Source of the DNA: Candidatus Micrarchaeota archaeon
GTDB lineage: Archaea > Micrarchaeota > Micrarchaeia > Anstonellales > Bilamarchaeaceae
Direction of reading: 5' to 3'
NCBI GenBank assembly: GCA_040753215.1
Contig: JBFMEZ010000026.1
Location: 1-48,359, forward strand
Length of the DNA: 48,359 nt
Shown here: positions 9,155 to 17,851 of the stretch, one piece after another
Layout of the letters: each line of letters opens with the position of its first letter
Numbering within the stretch: the first letter of the stretch is position 1
Position numbers and translations under genes: made by a program
The notes under the pieces: generated by a model
What the model was told of the DNA's origin: nothing
The model's database searches: none
The model's input: the letters and a program-made list of their open reading frames with translations, nothing else

Positions 9155-10027
9155 ATGATATTAAGCGGAAAGGCGCTCGCTGCGGAAATCGAGGAAGAGC
9201 TGAAAAAAAGGGCGGAGGCACTCGGCTTCACCCCCGGCCTGGACATAGTAATGGTTGGGGACGACCCCGCCTCCCGCACCTATGTTGAGAAAAAATTGAA
9301 CAAGGCCGGTGATATCGGGATAAAGGGGAGGCTGCACCACCTCGCCGGGAGCACAACCGGAGAAGAACTGCTTTCGCTTATTGGAAAACTGAATGCAGAC
9401 AAGTCCGTTCACGGCTTCATAGTCCAGCTCCCGCTCCCCAGGCAGATAGATGCTGGAAAAATTATGGAGGCGATGGACCCGGGGAAGGATGCGGACGGCT
9501 TCCATCCATTGAATATGGGAAGGGTTGCGGAGGGCCTGCCTGCCACCGTACCCGCTACTCCGAAGGGAATAATGCGCCTCATCGATTATTACAAAATCCC
9601 GCTTGCAGGAAAAGAGGCGGCAGTGGTGGGCAGGAGCAACATAGTCGGGAAGCCCGTCTCATATCTCCTTACGAACCGCGATGCGACCGTTACCCTCTGC
9701 CACAGCAAGACAAAAAATCTCGCGGAGCACACCCGCCGCGCGGACCTGCTCGTGGTTGCGGTTGGAAGCCCCTACCTCATAAAAGCCGACATGGTTAAGG
9801 AGGGGGCCTGCGTAATAGATGTCGGCACCACAAAGCTCGGGGGAAAAATAGTGGGCGACGTGGATTTTGACACCGTTTCCAGGAAGGCGGATATAACCCC
9901 GGTCCCGGGAGGGGTTGGCCCCCTGACCGTAATCATGCTCATGGAGAATCTTGTGGAGCTTGCGGAGAAGGCGAAGAAAGAGCCGGAGCCCGAGCCCGCC
10001 CCACGAAGGCGCAAAAAGCAGGGTTAA
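9155..10027 (+). CDS. folD: Bifunctional methylenetetrahydrofolate dehydrogenase/cyclohydrolase
   Basis: VQLPLP, KDADGFHP, GRSNIVGKP, TPVPGGVGPLT. Confidence 0.96.
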   Translation: MILSGKALAAEIEEELKKRAEALGFTPGLDIVMVGDDPASRTYVEKKLNKAGDIGIKGRLHHLAGSTTGEELLSLIGKLNADKSVHGFIVQLPLPRQIDAGKIMEAMDPGKDADGFHPLNMGRVAEGLPATVPATPKGIMRLIDYYKIPLAGKEAAVVGRSNIVGKPVSYLLTNRDATVTLCHSKTKNLAEHTRRADLLVVAVGSPYLIKADMVKEGACVIDVGTTKLGGKIVGDVDFDTVSRKADITPVPGGVGPLTVIMLMENLVELAEKAKKEPEPEPAPRRRKKQG

Positions 10028-10077
10028 AAACCTATCCCCGCCAATTTTACTTCACTCTTTACTGTTTAGGTGGATAA

Positions 10078-10227
10078 ATGAAGAGATGCTCAACATGCGG
10101 AAGGCTCACAAAGGAATACGCGGAATTCCCGTGCCCGGAGTGTGCGGAGAAGATAGTGCGATGCTACCACTGCAGGGAGATAAGGAACCCGTACAAGTGC
10201 AGGTGCGGCAATTTCGCGGGCCCGTGA
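10078..10227 (+). CDS. Small Zn-ribbon protein (DUF1610 / HVO_2753-like)
   Basis: Not in the ORF track; MKRCSTCG...FPCPECAEKIVRCYHCREIRNPYKCRCGNFAGP*; usual position upstream of EF-1beta. Confidence 0.85.
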   Translation: MKRCSTCGRLTKEYAEFPCPECAEKIVRCYHCREIRNPYKCRCGNFAGP

Positions 10228-10231
10228 TCGC

Positions 10232-10486
10232 ATGGCAAAGGTTTCCGTGACGCTTAAGGTTTTCCCCGAGGACCCGTCCGGCCTCGATGCGCTGAAGGCC
10301 GCGATTTCAAAGGTCGTGGAGATAGCAGAAACAAGGGAAGAGGACATAGGATTTGGCGTAAAGGCGCTGATAATCCGCTTCCTGATGGACGATGCCGGCG
10401 GGATTGATGCGGTGGAGGAGAAAATCGCTTCAATAGACGGAGTGAGCCAGGTCCAGATAACCAGCGTCGACCGGGCGGAGCTTTAG
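10232..10486 (+). CDS. ef1b: Elongation factor 1-beta
   Basis: MAKVSVTLKVFPE, EEDIGFGVKAL, 84 aa. Confidence 0.93.
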   Translation: MAKVSVTLKVFPEDPSGLDALKAAISKVVEIAETREEDIGFGVKALIIRFLMDDAGGIDAVEEKIASIDGVSQVQITSVDRAEL

Positions 10487-12043
10487 CTACTTCTTGATGT
10501 ATCCAAAATACGCATAGGCGGCAGCCGCCGCCAGGAAAATGAACAGGAATGCGTATGCGAGCGTGGGCTGGGGCCTCACGTCAACCACAAATTCCGCGGG
10601 CGCATACCCCCTCTTCGTCACGTTCACGGGCTGCTGCCCGCTCCCCCTCGGCGTTATTGTGACCATCCCGTCCCCGGTGAAAGCCTGCCCTCCCATCACC
10701 GCGGTTACCGCGGAAAGCGGCTCATCCTCCAGGCTGAGGACGGTTATGTTGAACGGCTCGCCCTCCCTTGCCTGGATTGGGTAGCGGACCTTCATCACCG
10801 GCTTCGGCGCCTCCCCCTTCACGAGCTGTATGCCGCTGAAAGGGGCGGCCTCGCTTCCCGCGGAGTCCGAAACGTAGCACTCCACGCTTATCACCCCGAA
10901 CGGGAACGCGCTTGGGTCAAGCGTATAGGACCATTCCTCCCCGCCGGCCTCGCTCCATGCGCCCTCCGCAACGCGCACGAATGTCCTCACGCCGCCGTAT
11001 TTCGAGTAGCTCCTCCCGCTTATCTCCACGTCCGCATCCCCGACCAGCGAATCCGGCTCCGGCGAGAGTATGCTGCACGCCCTTGAGGAGTCTATCGCAT
11101 ACACCTTGCCCTCCTGCGTGCCCAGCACTATGTTCCCGCCTATAACCGCAGGGGGGTGCGGCCAGTCGCCGAACTGCCTCCTTATGAGCACGCTGCCGTC
11201 GCTGCCGCTCACGCCGTAGAGGCTCTTCCTCGTGGAGAAATAGACGATGTTGCCGTCCACGGCCATCTCCCCCCCAACCATGCTGTCCGCCCGCTCCTTC
11301 CATGCGAGCTGGCCGTTGTTCAGCGCATACACCCATCCGTTCGCGGTCCCGAAGACGATGTACGCGCCGGCATGGGTGGGCGTGGAGGTTACCATGTCTC
11401 CGGTCCGGTAAACCCACAGGGTTTCCCCCGTGTAGATGTTTATCGCGTACAACTCACCCTCGCTCGTCCCGGCATAAACAGTCCCTGCCCAGACGAGCGG
11501 CCTCGTGTTCCAGAAGGGCCCCGCGTCCCTCTCCCAGAATTTTTCCCCGGTGTTCCTCAGCGCCACGACTTTCCTCCCGGAGCCGAAAACAACGTATCCC
11601 GCCAGCTCGGCCGAGGGCTCGGTCGGCACGGAGGCGTTGTAGCTCCACACGAGCTGCCCCCGCTCGTCCAGCGCGTATATCCCCCTGGCTGACGAAACGT
11701 AAACCTTGTCGGATGCGGCAACCCCGCGCACGTCGCGCAGCTCGTAGCTCCATGCAACCCCGCCGCCGGAATTGAGCGCGTACACGCGGTCCTGCGTCGC
11801 GATTACCACCTTGTCTCCGAACAGGGCGGGGTCTCCCACCACGCTCCCGTTGAAAACCTGCGTCCACTTTATGCTTCCCGCCTCAATCCCGTACACCGCT
11901 CCCCTGTCCGTCCCGACCACTATGCGGTTCGCAAAAAGCACCGGCTTCGTGATGGCCGCGCCGTCCGTGTTTACGGACCACGCCTGCCCGGCGAAGGAGA
12001 TGGAAAAAAGGAAAAAAAGCGCCAGCAGAGCAGCCTTCCCCAT
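10487..12043 (-). CDS. Secreted PQQ-like/BamB-type beta-propeller protein with C-terminal Ig-like region and membrane anchor
   Basis: Signal peptide MGKAALLALFFLFSISFA; repeated G.VYAl...G...W blades; C-terminal TM helix followed by KK. Confidence 0.85.
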   Translation of the reverse strand: MGKAALLALFFLFSISFAGQAWSVNTDGAAITKPVLFANRIVVGTDRGAVYGIEAGSIKWTQVFNGSVVGDPALFGDKVVIATQDRVYALNSGGGVAWSYELRDVRGVAASDKVYVSSARGIYALDERGQLVWSYNASVPTEPSAELAGYVVFGSGRKVVALRNTGEKFWERDAGPFWNTRPLVWAGTVYAGTSEGELYAINIYTGETLWVYRTGDMVTSTPTHAGAYIVFGTANGWVYALNNGQLAWKERADSMVGGEMAVDGNIVYFSTRKSLYGVSGSDGSVLIRRQFGDWPHPPAVIGGNIVLGTQEGKVYAIDSSRACSILSPEPDSLVGDADVEISGRSYSKYGGVRTFVRVAEGAWSEAGGEEWSYTLDPSAFPFGVISVECYVSDSAGSEAAPFSGIQLVKGEAPKPVMKVRYPIQAREGEPFNITVLSLEDEPLSAVTAVMGGQAFTGDGMVTITPRGSGQQPVNVTKRGYAPAEFVVDVRPQPTLAYAFLFIFLAAAAAYAYFGYIKK

Positions 12044-12047
12044 TTTC

Positions 12048-12208
12048 TTACCCCAGCACGGAATCGTGCTTTCCGGCATCTATCTCCAGACAAAACGCGG
12101 AGGGGGAGACCCCCTCCCCATTTTTTCCTTGATTTTCTGACCCTCCCCCCGTTAGCTCTTTCATCGTATCATCTCAGCACGGAATCGTGCTTTCCGGCAT
12201 CTATCTCC
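12048..12208. repeat. 34-bp perfect direct repeat of the rpl11 3' end (12054-12087 / 12175-12208) flanking hairpin element E2
   Basis: CAGCACGGAATCGTGCTTTCCGGCATCTATCTCC twice; both copies end in an in-frame stop (VLG*, VLR*). Confidence 0.95.
12088..12168 (-). mobile_element. Hairpin element E2
   Basis: AAAACGCGGAGGGGG-AGA-CCCCCTCCCCATTTTT..TTCTGACCCTCCCCCC, homologous to E1/E3. Confidence 0.6.
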
Positions 12209-12642
12209 TTTACCACTGCCTTCGAATCCTTCCCGTCTATCGTCACGCCCAGGCTCCTGCACGTGCCCGCGACCTCCTTCGCGACGTCCCTGAGGCTCCT
12301 GCCCAGGGAGCTGCCTTTCTTCCCCTTCGCAATCCGCACGAGCGCATCGAACGCAATGTTGCCCGCGGGCGCCTCGGCGGTTCCCGCGCCCTTCTCTATC
12401 CCCGCCTCCTTCTTCACCAGCTCTGAGGTCGGGGGGCTGCCCACGTGCACCTCAAAGGACTTGTCGTCCGTGTTTACAACCACTTTTACCGGCACCTTCA
12501 TGCCCGAGAAATCCCCGGTCATCTCATTTATCTTCGCGACCACCTGCCCGGCGTTTATGCCGAGGGGGCCGAGAGCCGGGCCCAGAGGCGGGCCCGCGGT
12601 TGCCTTTCCGCCTTCAACAATCGCATCAATCGTCTTCTTCAT
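12169..12642 (-). CDS. rpl11: 50S ribosomal protein L11 (uL11)
   Basis: VEGGKATAGPPLGPALGPLGIN, VAGTCRSLGVTIDG. Confidence 0.97.
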   Translation of the reverse strand: MKKTIDAIVEGGKATAGPPLGPALGPLGINAGQVVAKINEMTGDFSGMKVPVKVVVNTDDKSFEVHVGSPPTSELVKKEAGIEKGAGTAEAPAGNIAFDALVRIAKGKKGSSLGRSLRDVAKEVAGTCRSLGVTIDGKDSKAVVKEIDAGKHDSVLR

Positions 12643-12693
12643 GTCATCTACCGTTGAACTTTATTCTTTCCTAGAGGTGTTTTTAAAGGATTT

Positions 12694-14499
12694 CTATCGG
12701 CCCTCCATGGCCTTTTTCAGTTCTGCGGCATCAACCCTTAATCTATATTCTTTCATTATTTTCCCGAAATCCTTCCCCTTCTCTTTCACAAGTTTCCTCA
12801 GCTCCGCGCCCGTAATCCTTTCCAGCCCCGTCGCCGCCTCCCGCACATTCTTTCCTTTGCACATTCCGCGCAGGATTTCCGGAATCGCCGCCTTCACGAA
12901 CAGCCCTTTCCCATACTCCGCAAACAACTCCATGAGCTGCTCCCGCGGGTTCTTCAGCTCCAGCCCCTCCCTTCTCAATTCCACCAGCGCCTGCTCCAGC
13001 GTGGAAGCCGCGAGCATCGGCTCCGCGCCCGCCTCCACCAGTTCCTCAAATAATTGCAGATTCCTTGATTTCAGCATCCTTCCCGCCATCTCCGGGTTCA
13101 AAATCTTGCGGAGCTTCTTCTCCTTCTCCTCCAGCCCCCCTCCCGCCGCCTCCCTCGCCTCTTCCAATAATTTATCCGTAACCACAATAGTTTCCAAATC
13201 CGTTTCCGGATACATTCTGGCCCTCCCCGCAAGCGGCCTCATAAAAGATGAGGTTCCATCCGGGTTCGCCTTCCTCGTCTCTTCAGGGATTCTGCGCATG
13301 TTCGCCCTTTCCAGGGCCTTGTGCAATGCGCGCTCCGCAGTGGTCTTGTGCGCAACCACCATCGCAAACCCATCTCCTTTCTTTACTCCGAGTTCCTTGC
13401 GCACCGCCTCCTTCTCTGCATCAGAAATCCTGTATTTCGCAAAATCCTCATCACTATGGATTATGCCCTTCACTCCAGCGCTCTTCGCATAATCACTCAA
13501 TTCGGTCCCGTACCTTCTTCCTGGCACAAGCTCGCGCCCAATCAATCCTTCGTGGCATTCCAATTTTATCCCAAGCACATGCCCGCCGGCTTCCATCCCT
13601 TTTTTTATCAGCCCGCATTCCGTGAGCGCGAACACGTTGGTCAGATCCACGACCCCGGGCTTCAGTTCCTTTTTCCCAATCCTTTTCCCAACTTCCACAA
13701 TGACTTTCAGCAGCTCCTCCTGCCTTCTTACTTCATTCTCCACAAGCAGCGGCAGCGTCTTAAGGTCCTGCGCGCCCTTTATCTCCACGCGCGCCCCCTT
13801 TTCCGTGGAAACGTTCACATCCTGCCTTATGGTCCCGATCCCGCGCGCCACCCTTCCCGTAGCCCGCAGGATGAGCCCAATCTTCTCCGCCGTCTCCCTG
13901 CAGTGCTCCGCATCCACAATGTCCGGCTCAGTAGCCAATTCGATCATAGGTATGCCCAATCTATCCAGCCTATAGTGTTTAATATGCGCCTCCTCTTTCA
14001 CAATCCCGGAGCTCTCCTCTTCAATCGCAACCATAGAAATGCGCACCTTTCCTTTACTCGTCTCAAGATACCCGCCAGTAGCCACAAGGCAAGTGCGCTG
14101 GAAGCCGGACGTATTGCTCCCATCCACAACTATTTTCCTCATCACGTGCAATTCATCGCACACGTCCATGTGCAGCTGCTGCGCAATCCCAAGCACAATC
14201 CGCAAGGCCTCGGAATCCATCTCCAGTGGCGGCTCCTCGTCCGCCTCCACCAGGCAGCAGCTCTCCGCAAAGCCATCGTAATGGAATTCCTTCTCCTTCT
14301 CCTGCTCCGCCTGCGCCGCGATGTCCAGCTCACCCATCTCTCCCGCGCTCGCACGCAATCTCCTTTTGAATTTGTAGTCCGGCGCCCTCTCCTCCGCCTT
14401 CTGCCCCTGCTTTGGCTCCCCCTCCGCCAATTCCGAGGAGCACCTGCAGAACAGCTTGCCCGTATCAAGGCGCTGGTGAATCTCTAAGCCGCACTTCAT
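12694..14499 (-). CDS. gatE: Glu-tRNA(Gln) amidotransferase subunit E
   Basis: KCGLEIHQRL, DGSNTSGFQRT, GTIRQDVNVS, RMYPETD. Confidence 0.96.
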   Translation of the reverse strand: MKCGLEIHQRLDTGKLFCRCSSELAEGEPKQGQKAEERAPDYKFKRRLRASAGEMGELDIAAQAEQEKEKEFHYDGFAESCCLVEADEEPPLEMDSEALRIVLGIAQQLHMDVCDELHVMRKIVVDGSNTSGFQRTCLVATGGYLETSKGKVRISMVAIEEESSGIVKEEAHIKHYRLDRLGIPMIELATEPDIVDAEHCRETAEKIGLILRATGRVARGIGTIRQDVNVSTEKGARVEIKGAQDLKTLPLLVENEVRRQEELLKVIVEVGKRIGKKELKPGVVDLTNVFALTECGLIKKGMEAGGHVLGIKLECHEGLIGRELVPGRRYGTELSDYAKSAGVKGIIHSDEDFAKYRISDAEKEAVRKELGVKKGDGFAMVVAHKTTAERALHKALERANMRRIPEETRKANPDGTSSFMRPLAGRARMYPETDLETIVVTDKLLEEAREAAGGGLEEKEKKLRKILNPEMAGRMLKSRNLQLFEELVEAGAEPMLAASTLEQALVELRREGLELKNPREQLMELFAEYGKGLFVKAAIPEILRGMCKGKNVREAATGLERITGAELRKLVKEKGKDFGKIMKEYRLRVDAAELKKAMEGR

Positions 14500-14530
14500 C
14501 GCATCACATCTTACATGTACATTTTATAGA

Positions 14531-15448
14531 TTATTCAGCCGCCCCAATCCAAAGGTCCAGCGCCGCATTTACCTCCTTCGCGACCATCGCAGAGAGCGGC
14601 CTGTAATCCCCCTCATCCGCGCTCTCCAGCGCATCGTAGTAGGATTTGCGCACCTTCCTGCGCAGGATTATGGGCGGGAAGCCGGCGCGCATGAGCCGCA
14701 GGTTGGAGAGCAGCCGCGCCATCCTTCCGTTCCCGTCAATGAACGGGTGTATCCATGCAACAAGATGGTGTATCCTCACCGCGGACTCCACCGCGGCCGC
14801 GCCCCTCCTTTTCGAGTTCAGCTCCGAAACCACCCCTTCCATCAGCTTCGGCACATCCTGCCATCTGGGCGACCTGTGCTTTGATTGGGTTATGAACACC
14901 TGCTCATGCCTGTAAAAGCCCGCATTCTGCGGGTCTATCCTGTCGAGTATTGCCGCATGCAGGGCGAGGATGTCCTCATTCGTTATCTTCGCATTTCTAT
15001 CTGCAATCTTGCCCAGAAGGTGCAGCGCCTCCCTGTGGTTGGTCGCCTCCAGGTGCTCCCTCATGCTCTTCCCGCCTATCGTAATCCCCTTTTCCAGCAC
15101 GAGGTACGTCTCTTTGAGCGAGAGCCTGTTCCCCTCTATCGCGTTTGAGTTGTATGTCATCTCCACGTCAAATTTTTTCGCGAGGCTCTCAAGCGTGTTC
15201 TTCGGGAGGGGCCGTAGCCCGTTCAGTTTTTTCAGCTTCGCCTCCAGCATGAAGGCGGCACCCTTTTCCAGCATCGCGTATTTCTGCGCCGGCGGCTTCA
15301 GCCCGTGCCGTTTCGCGTATTCCAGCATCTTTTCGCGGTTCCCCAGATACTTAACTACCTGCTGGCGCGCCTTTCCCCCCTTCCGCACTCCCTCCACCAG
15401 CTCGTAGTAAAAAGTGGTCCCCTTCTTCCGTTCCCGTATGAATGCCAT
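14531..15448 (-). CDS. Fic-domain protein (AMPylase-like) with N-terminal putative DNA-binding extension
   Basis: Fic motif HPFIDGNGRMARL; TYNSNAIEGN inhibitory-helix-like motif. Confidence 0.92.
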   Translation of the reverse strand: MAFIRERKKGTTFYYELVEGVRKGGKARQQVVKYLGNREKMLEYAKRHGLKPPAQKYAMLEKGAAFMLEAKLKKLNGLRPLPKNTLESLAKKFDVEMTYNSNAIEGNRLSLKETYLVLEKGITIGGKSMREHLEATNHREALHLLGKIADRNAKITNEDILALHAAILDRIDPQNAGFYRHEQVFITQSKHRSPRWQDVPKLMEGVVSELNSKRRGAAAVESAVRIHHLVAWIHPFIDGNGRMARLLSNLRLMRAGFPPIILRRKVRKSYYDALESADEGDYRPLSAMVAKEVNAALDLWIGAAE

Positions 15449-15454
15449 GCAAAA

Positions 15455-15505
15455 TTGTAGTGGGTAAGAATTTTTAAAATTATGGATTATTTTTACCCAC
15501 TACAA
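15455..15505. promoter_or_regulatory. 17-bp inverted repeat (16/17) bracketing the Fic gene TATA region; putative operator
   Basis: TTGTAGTGGGTAAGAAT (15455-15471) / ATTTTTACCCACTACAA (15489-15505). Confidence 0.6.
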
Positions 15506-15536
15506 AACCTCGCTCCTCTCGCTAATCTCCCCCGCA

Positions 15537-15667
15537 CGGAAAAACGCGAAGGGGGTCTTCTGCACAGTCCTATCCCCCTCCCCATTTTTACCGGTCATTC
15601 TGCAAACCTTGAAGCCCTCCCTTCCAGTCCCACTCGTCCCACGGGCTTCAAGGTTTGACCCTCCCCC
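15537..15667 (-). mobile_element. Hairpin element E3, interrupted by a 55-bp palindromic insert
   Basis: AAAAACGCGAAGGGGG..CCCCCTCCCCATTTTT..CATTCTG[insert]ACCCTCCCCC. Confidence 0.6.
15603..15657. repeat. 55-bp palindromic mini-element (15-bp perfect IR CAAACCTTGAAGCCC, 25-nt loop)
   Basis: Perfect IR 15603-15617 / 15643-15657; relatives at 37632-37683 and 47244-47297. Confidence 0.75.
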
Positions 15668-16948
15668 TCATAAGACCTCACTCCTCTCAGTAATCTCGCC
15701 CGCAATATTCCTCATCATCTCTTCCCTCACTCTCTCCACCCTCTTCTCATGCCCGAGCACCCAGCACATTTTTACATATGCGGTCTCAGGCGTCCAGTCA
15801 GCCAGGTGCCCGAACACCCCCGCCTCCTCAATCAGCCTCCCCGCAGTATACACATTCATATTTACCCTCCCGAATATGCACTGCGAAGCCATCGCAACAG
15901 GGATCCCCGAATCCACAAGCGCCTTCAGGTTCGGCAAAATGCTGCGCGTATATTTCGCATTGAACGGGTTCGTGGGCACATGCCCCAGCCCGGTCCCCGC
16001 AACCACAACGCCGTCGTAATCCGCAAGCGAATCGACGAACTCCGGCCTTATCCCCGGATAAGTGTATACGAGCGCAACATTCCCATTCACCCTGTTCTCA
16101 AATTTCAGCTTCCCTCCCCGCTCATTATATTTCATATATGGCTCAATAAGCCCTGAACGGTAATCCACTTTCGCAAGGGGCGGAACATTCACAGATTTGA
16201 ACGCATCCCTTCTCGAGGAATGCATCTTCCTCACCTTCGTCCCCAGATGTATAAGACACTCCTCGTCATCCATCCCCGCGTGCATGCATATGCCAACGTT
16301 CGCCATCGGCCCCTCCTTCGCCGCGAAGCATGCGTTCATCATGTTTATGCGCGCATCGGTTGAAGGCCGGTCCGAGCTCCTCTGCGCGCCCACCAGATAA
16401 ACCGGCACGGGCAGCTCCTGCAGCATAAATGAAAGCGCAGCAGAAGTATAATGCATCGTGTCCGTCCCGTGCAGCACCACCACCCCCTGCGCCCCGCCAT
16501 CAATCTCCTTCCTTATCTCCGCAGCCGCATCGCTCCAGTGCTGCGGCGTCATGTCTTCAGAGAGCATCGCGAATATCTCCCTCGCGTGGAACGTGCATAT
16601 CTTCTCCAGCCCCGGGATGTGGCTGGCGAGCACCTCCGGGCTCGTGGAGGGGAAGACCGCCCCGGTCTTGTACTCCACTTTTGATGCGACCGTCCCACCC
16701 ATGCCAAGAATTGCTATTTCTCCGCCCCCCTTCCCTGCTTTCTGGGCTTCCGGTTTCCTGTGCTCGGTTTCCTGTGCTTCAGTCTTCACTTCCCCGAGCT
16801 CCTCCACCTTCGCGCCCTCCTTCCTTATGCCCACATTGTACCCGGAGTCCAGCTTGAGCACAAGGAATTCCTTTTTCGGGGAGGGCAGCATAATCCCTTC
16901 GTGCTTCCTTCCTTTTGAAGTAATGCGCACCCGCTTGAGTTTTTCCAT
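15668..16948 (-). CDS. gatD: Glu-tRNA(Gln) amidotransferase subunit D
   Basis: LKLDSGYNVG, GGTVASKVEY, HGTDTMHY, GAQRSSDRP. Confidence 0.96.
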   Translation of the reverse strand: MEKLKRVRITSKGRKHEGIMLPSPKKEFLVLKLDSGYNVGIRKEGAKVEELGEVKTEAQETEHRKPEAQKAGKGGGEIAILGMGGTVASKVEYKTGAVFPSTSPEVLASHIPGLEKICTFHAREIFAMLSEDMTPQHWSDAAAEIRKEIDGGAQGVVVLHGTDTMHYTSAALSFMLQELPVPVYLVGAQRSSDRPSTDARINMMNACFAAKEGPMANVGICMHAGMDDEECLIHLGTKVRKMHSSRRDAFKSVNVPPLAKVDYRSGLIEPYMKYNERGGKLKFENRVNGNVALVYTYPGIRPEFVDSLADYDGVVVAGTGLGHVPTNPFNAKYTRSILPNLKALVDSGIPVAMASQCIFGRVNMNVYTAGRLIEEAGVFGHLADWTPETAYVKMCWVLGHEKRVERVREEMMRNIAGEITERSEVL

Positions 16949-17105
16949 AAGGACCAACGCCCCATATTTTTCTATTTAGTATTAAATCGCTTGCGGTGGC
17001 ACATTTTTTCAGCTGTTTTTCAAAGTTGTAATCTTAAACTGAACAACGCGGCTTTTTTTAATTGTGTGCGGGGCTTTTTGCGAAAGGCGAAGCGGAGGGA
17101 TACCT

Positions 17106-17510
17106 ATGAAAGACATTTGCGTAGTCACAGAGGACCGTGTGGGGCTGCTCGCGGACATATCCTACATACTCGGGAAGGCGAAGGTCAACATCGATTCAAT
17201 CGCGGTGAGTTCGGTGGGCGGGAAGGCGGTCTTCAGCATCATGGTCAGGGACCAGGAGAAGGCGAGGAGCGTCCTTGAGAGCAACGGCTTCAGCGTGAGC
17301 TCCGGCAATGTCGTGTTCGTTAAGCTCGAGGACAGGCCCGGCACGCTGGCCGAGATATCCCGGCTCCTTGCGAAGAACAGGATAAGCGTGGAGAACCTCC
17401 ACCTGGTCTCCAGGGACGGGAGCAGCTCCATCGTTGGGATAACCGTCTCCAGGCCCCGCAAGGCGAGGAAGATTCTCTCAGGCTGCCTCATCGAAAACGA
17501 CATTCCTTAG
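17106..17510 (+). CDS. Double ACT-domain protein
   Basis: EDRVGLLADISYILG..VNIDSI and EDRPGTLAEISRLL..ISVENL. Confidence 0.88.
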   Translation: MKDICVVTEDRVGLLADISYILGKAKVNIDSIAVSSVGGKAVFSIMVRDQEKARSVLESNGFSVSSGNVVFVKLEDRPGTLAEISRLLAKNRISVENLHLVSRDGSSSIVGITVSRPRKARKILSGCLIENDIP

Positions 17511-17542
17511 ACTTTTATTTCTTCTTCAATATACACTAATAT

Positions 17543-17839
17543 ATGTACTTCAAACTGCACGAGCGGGAAGGGCGCAGGGTCCTCGCCGCATGCGACAGGG
17601 AGCTGATAGGGAAAGTGCTGGAGGAAGGGGGCGTGGTCCTGGACCTCGCGGCATACGCGTCATTCTACAAGGGGGATTTATGCACGGAGAAGGAACTCCT
17701 TTCCAGGATCCCTTCCGCGTCCTCCCTGAACCTCATCGGGAAGAAGGCGGTGGCCGCGGGGCTCAGGTCCGGCGCGTTCCCGCGCGACGAAGTAAAGTAT
17801 ATAAAGGGAATTCCCCATATCCAGCTTTACAGAATTTAA
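17543..17839 (+). CDS. DUF424 family protein
   Basis: VLAACDRELIGK, SFYKG, LNLIGKKAV, GIPHIQ. Confidence 0.85.
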   Translation: MYFKLHEREGRRVLAACDRELIGKVLEEGGVVLDLAAYASFYKGDLCTEKELLSRIPSASSLNLIGKKAVAAGLRSGAFPRDEVKYIKGIPHIQLYRI

Positions 17840-17851
17840 GGGGTGGGCAAT

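Larger units (their letters stand above)
15500..15704. repeat. Recoded 37-bp duplicate of the gatD 3' end (15500-15536 / 15668-15704) flanking hairpin element E3
   Basis: Copies encode AGEISERSEVL* and AGEITERSEVL*; 8 nt differences, all synonymous or stop-codon changes except one S/T codon. Confidence 0.9.

Noticed and set aside
12044..12079. MPESTIPCW N-terminal extension of the beta-propeller ORF
   Set aside because: Comes from the displaced rpl11 end in another frame; the signal peptide starts at 12043
12263..14487. 409-aa and 388-aa plus-strand ORFs
   Set aside because: Antisense to rpl11 and gatE; expected from GC and codon bias
15500..15704. Diversity-generating retroelement TR/VR pair
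   Set aside because: Differences are not confined to adenines, the repeat is too short and there is no reverse transcriptase in the window
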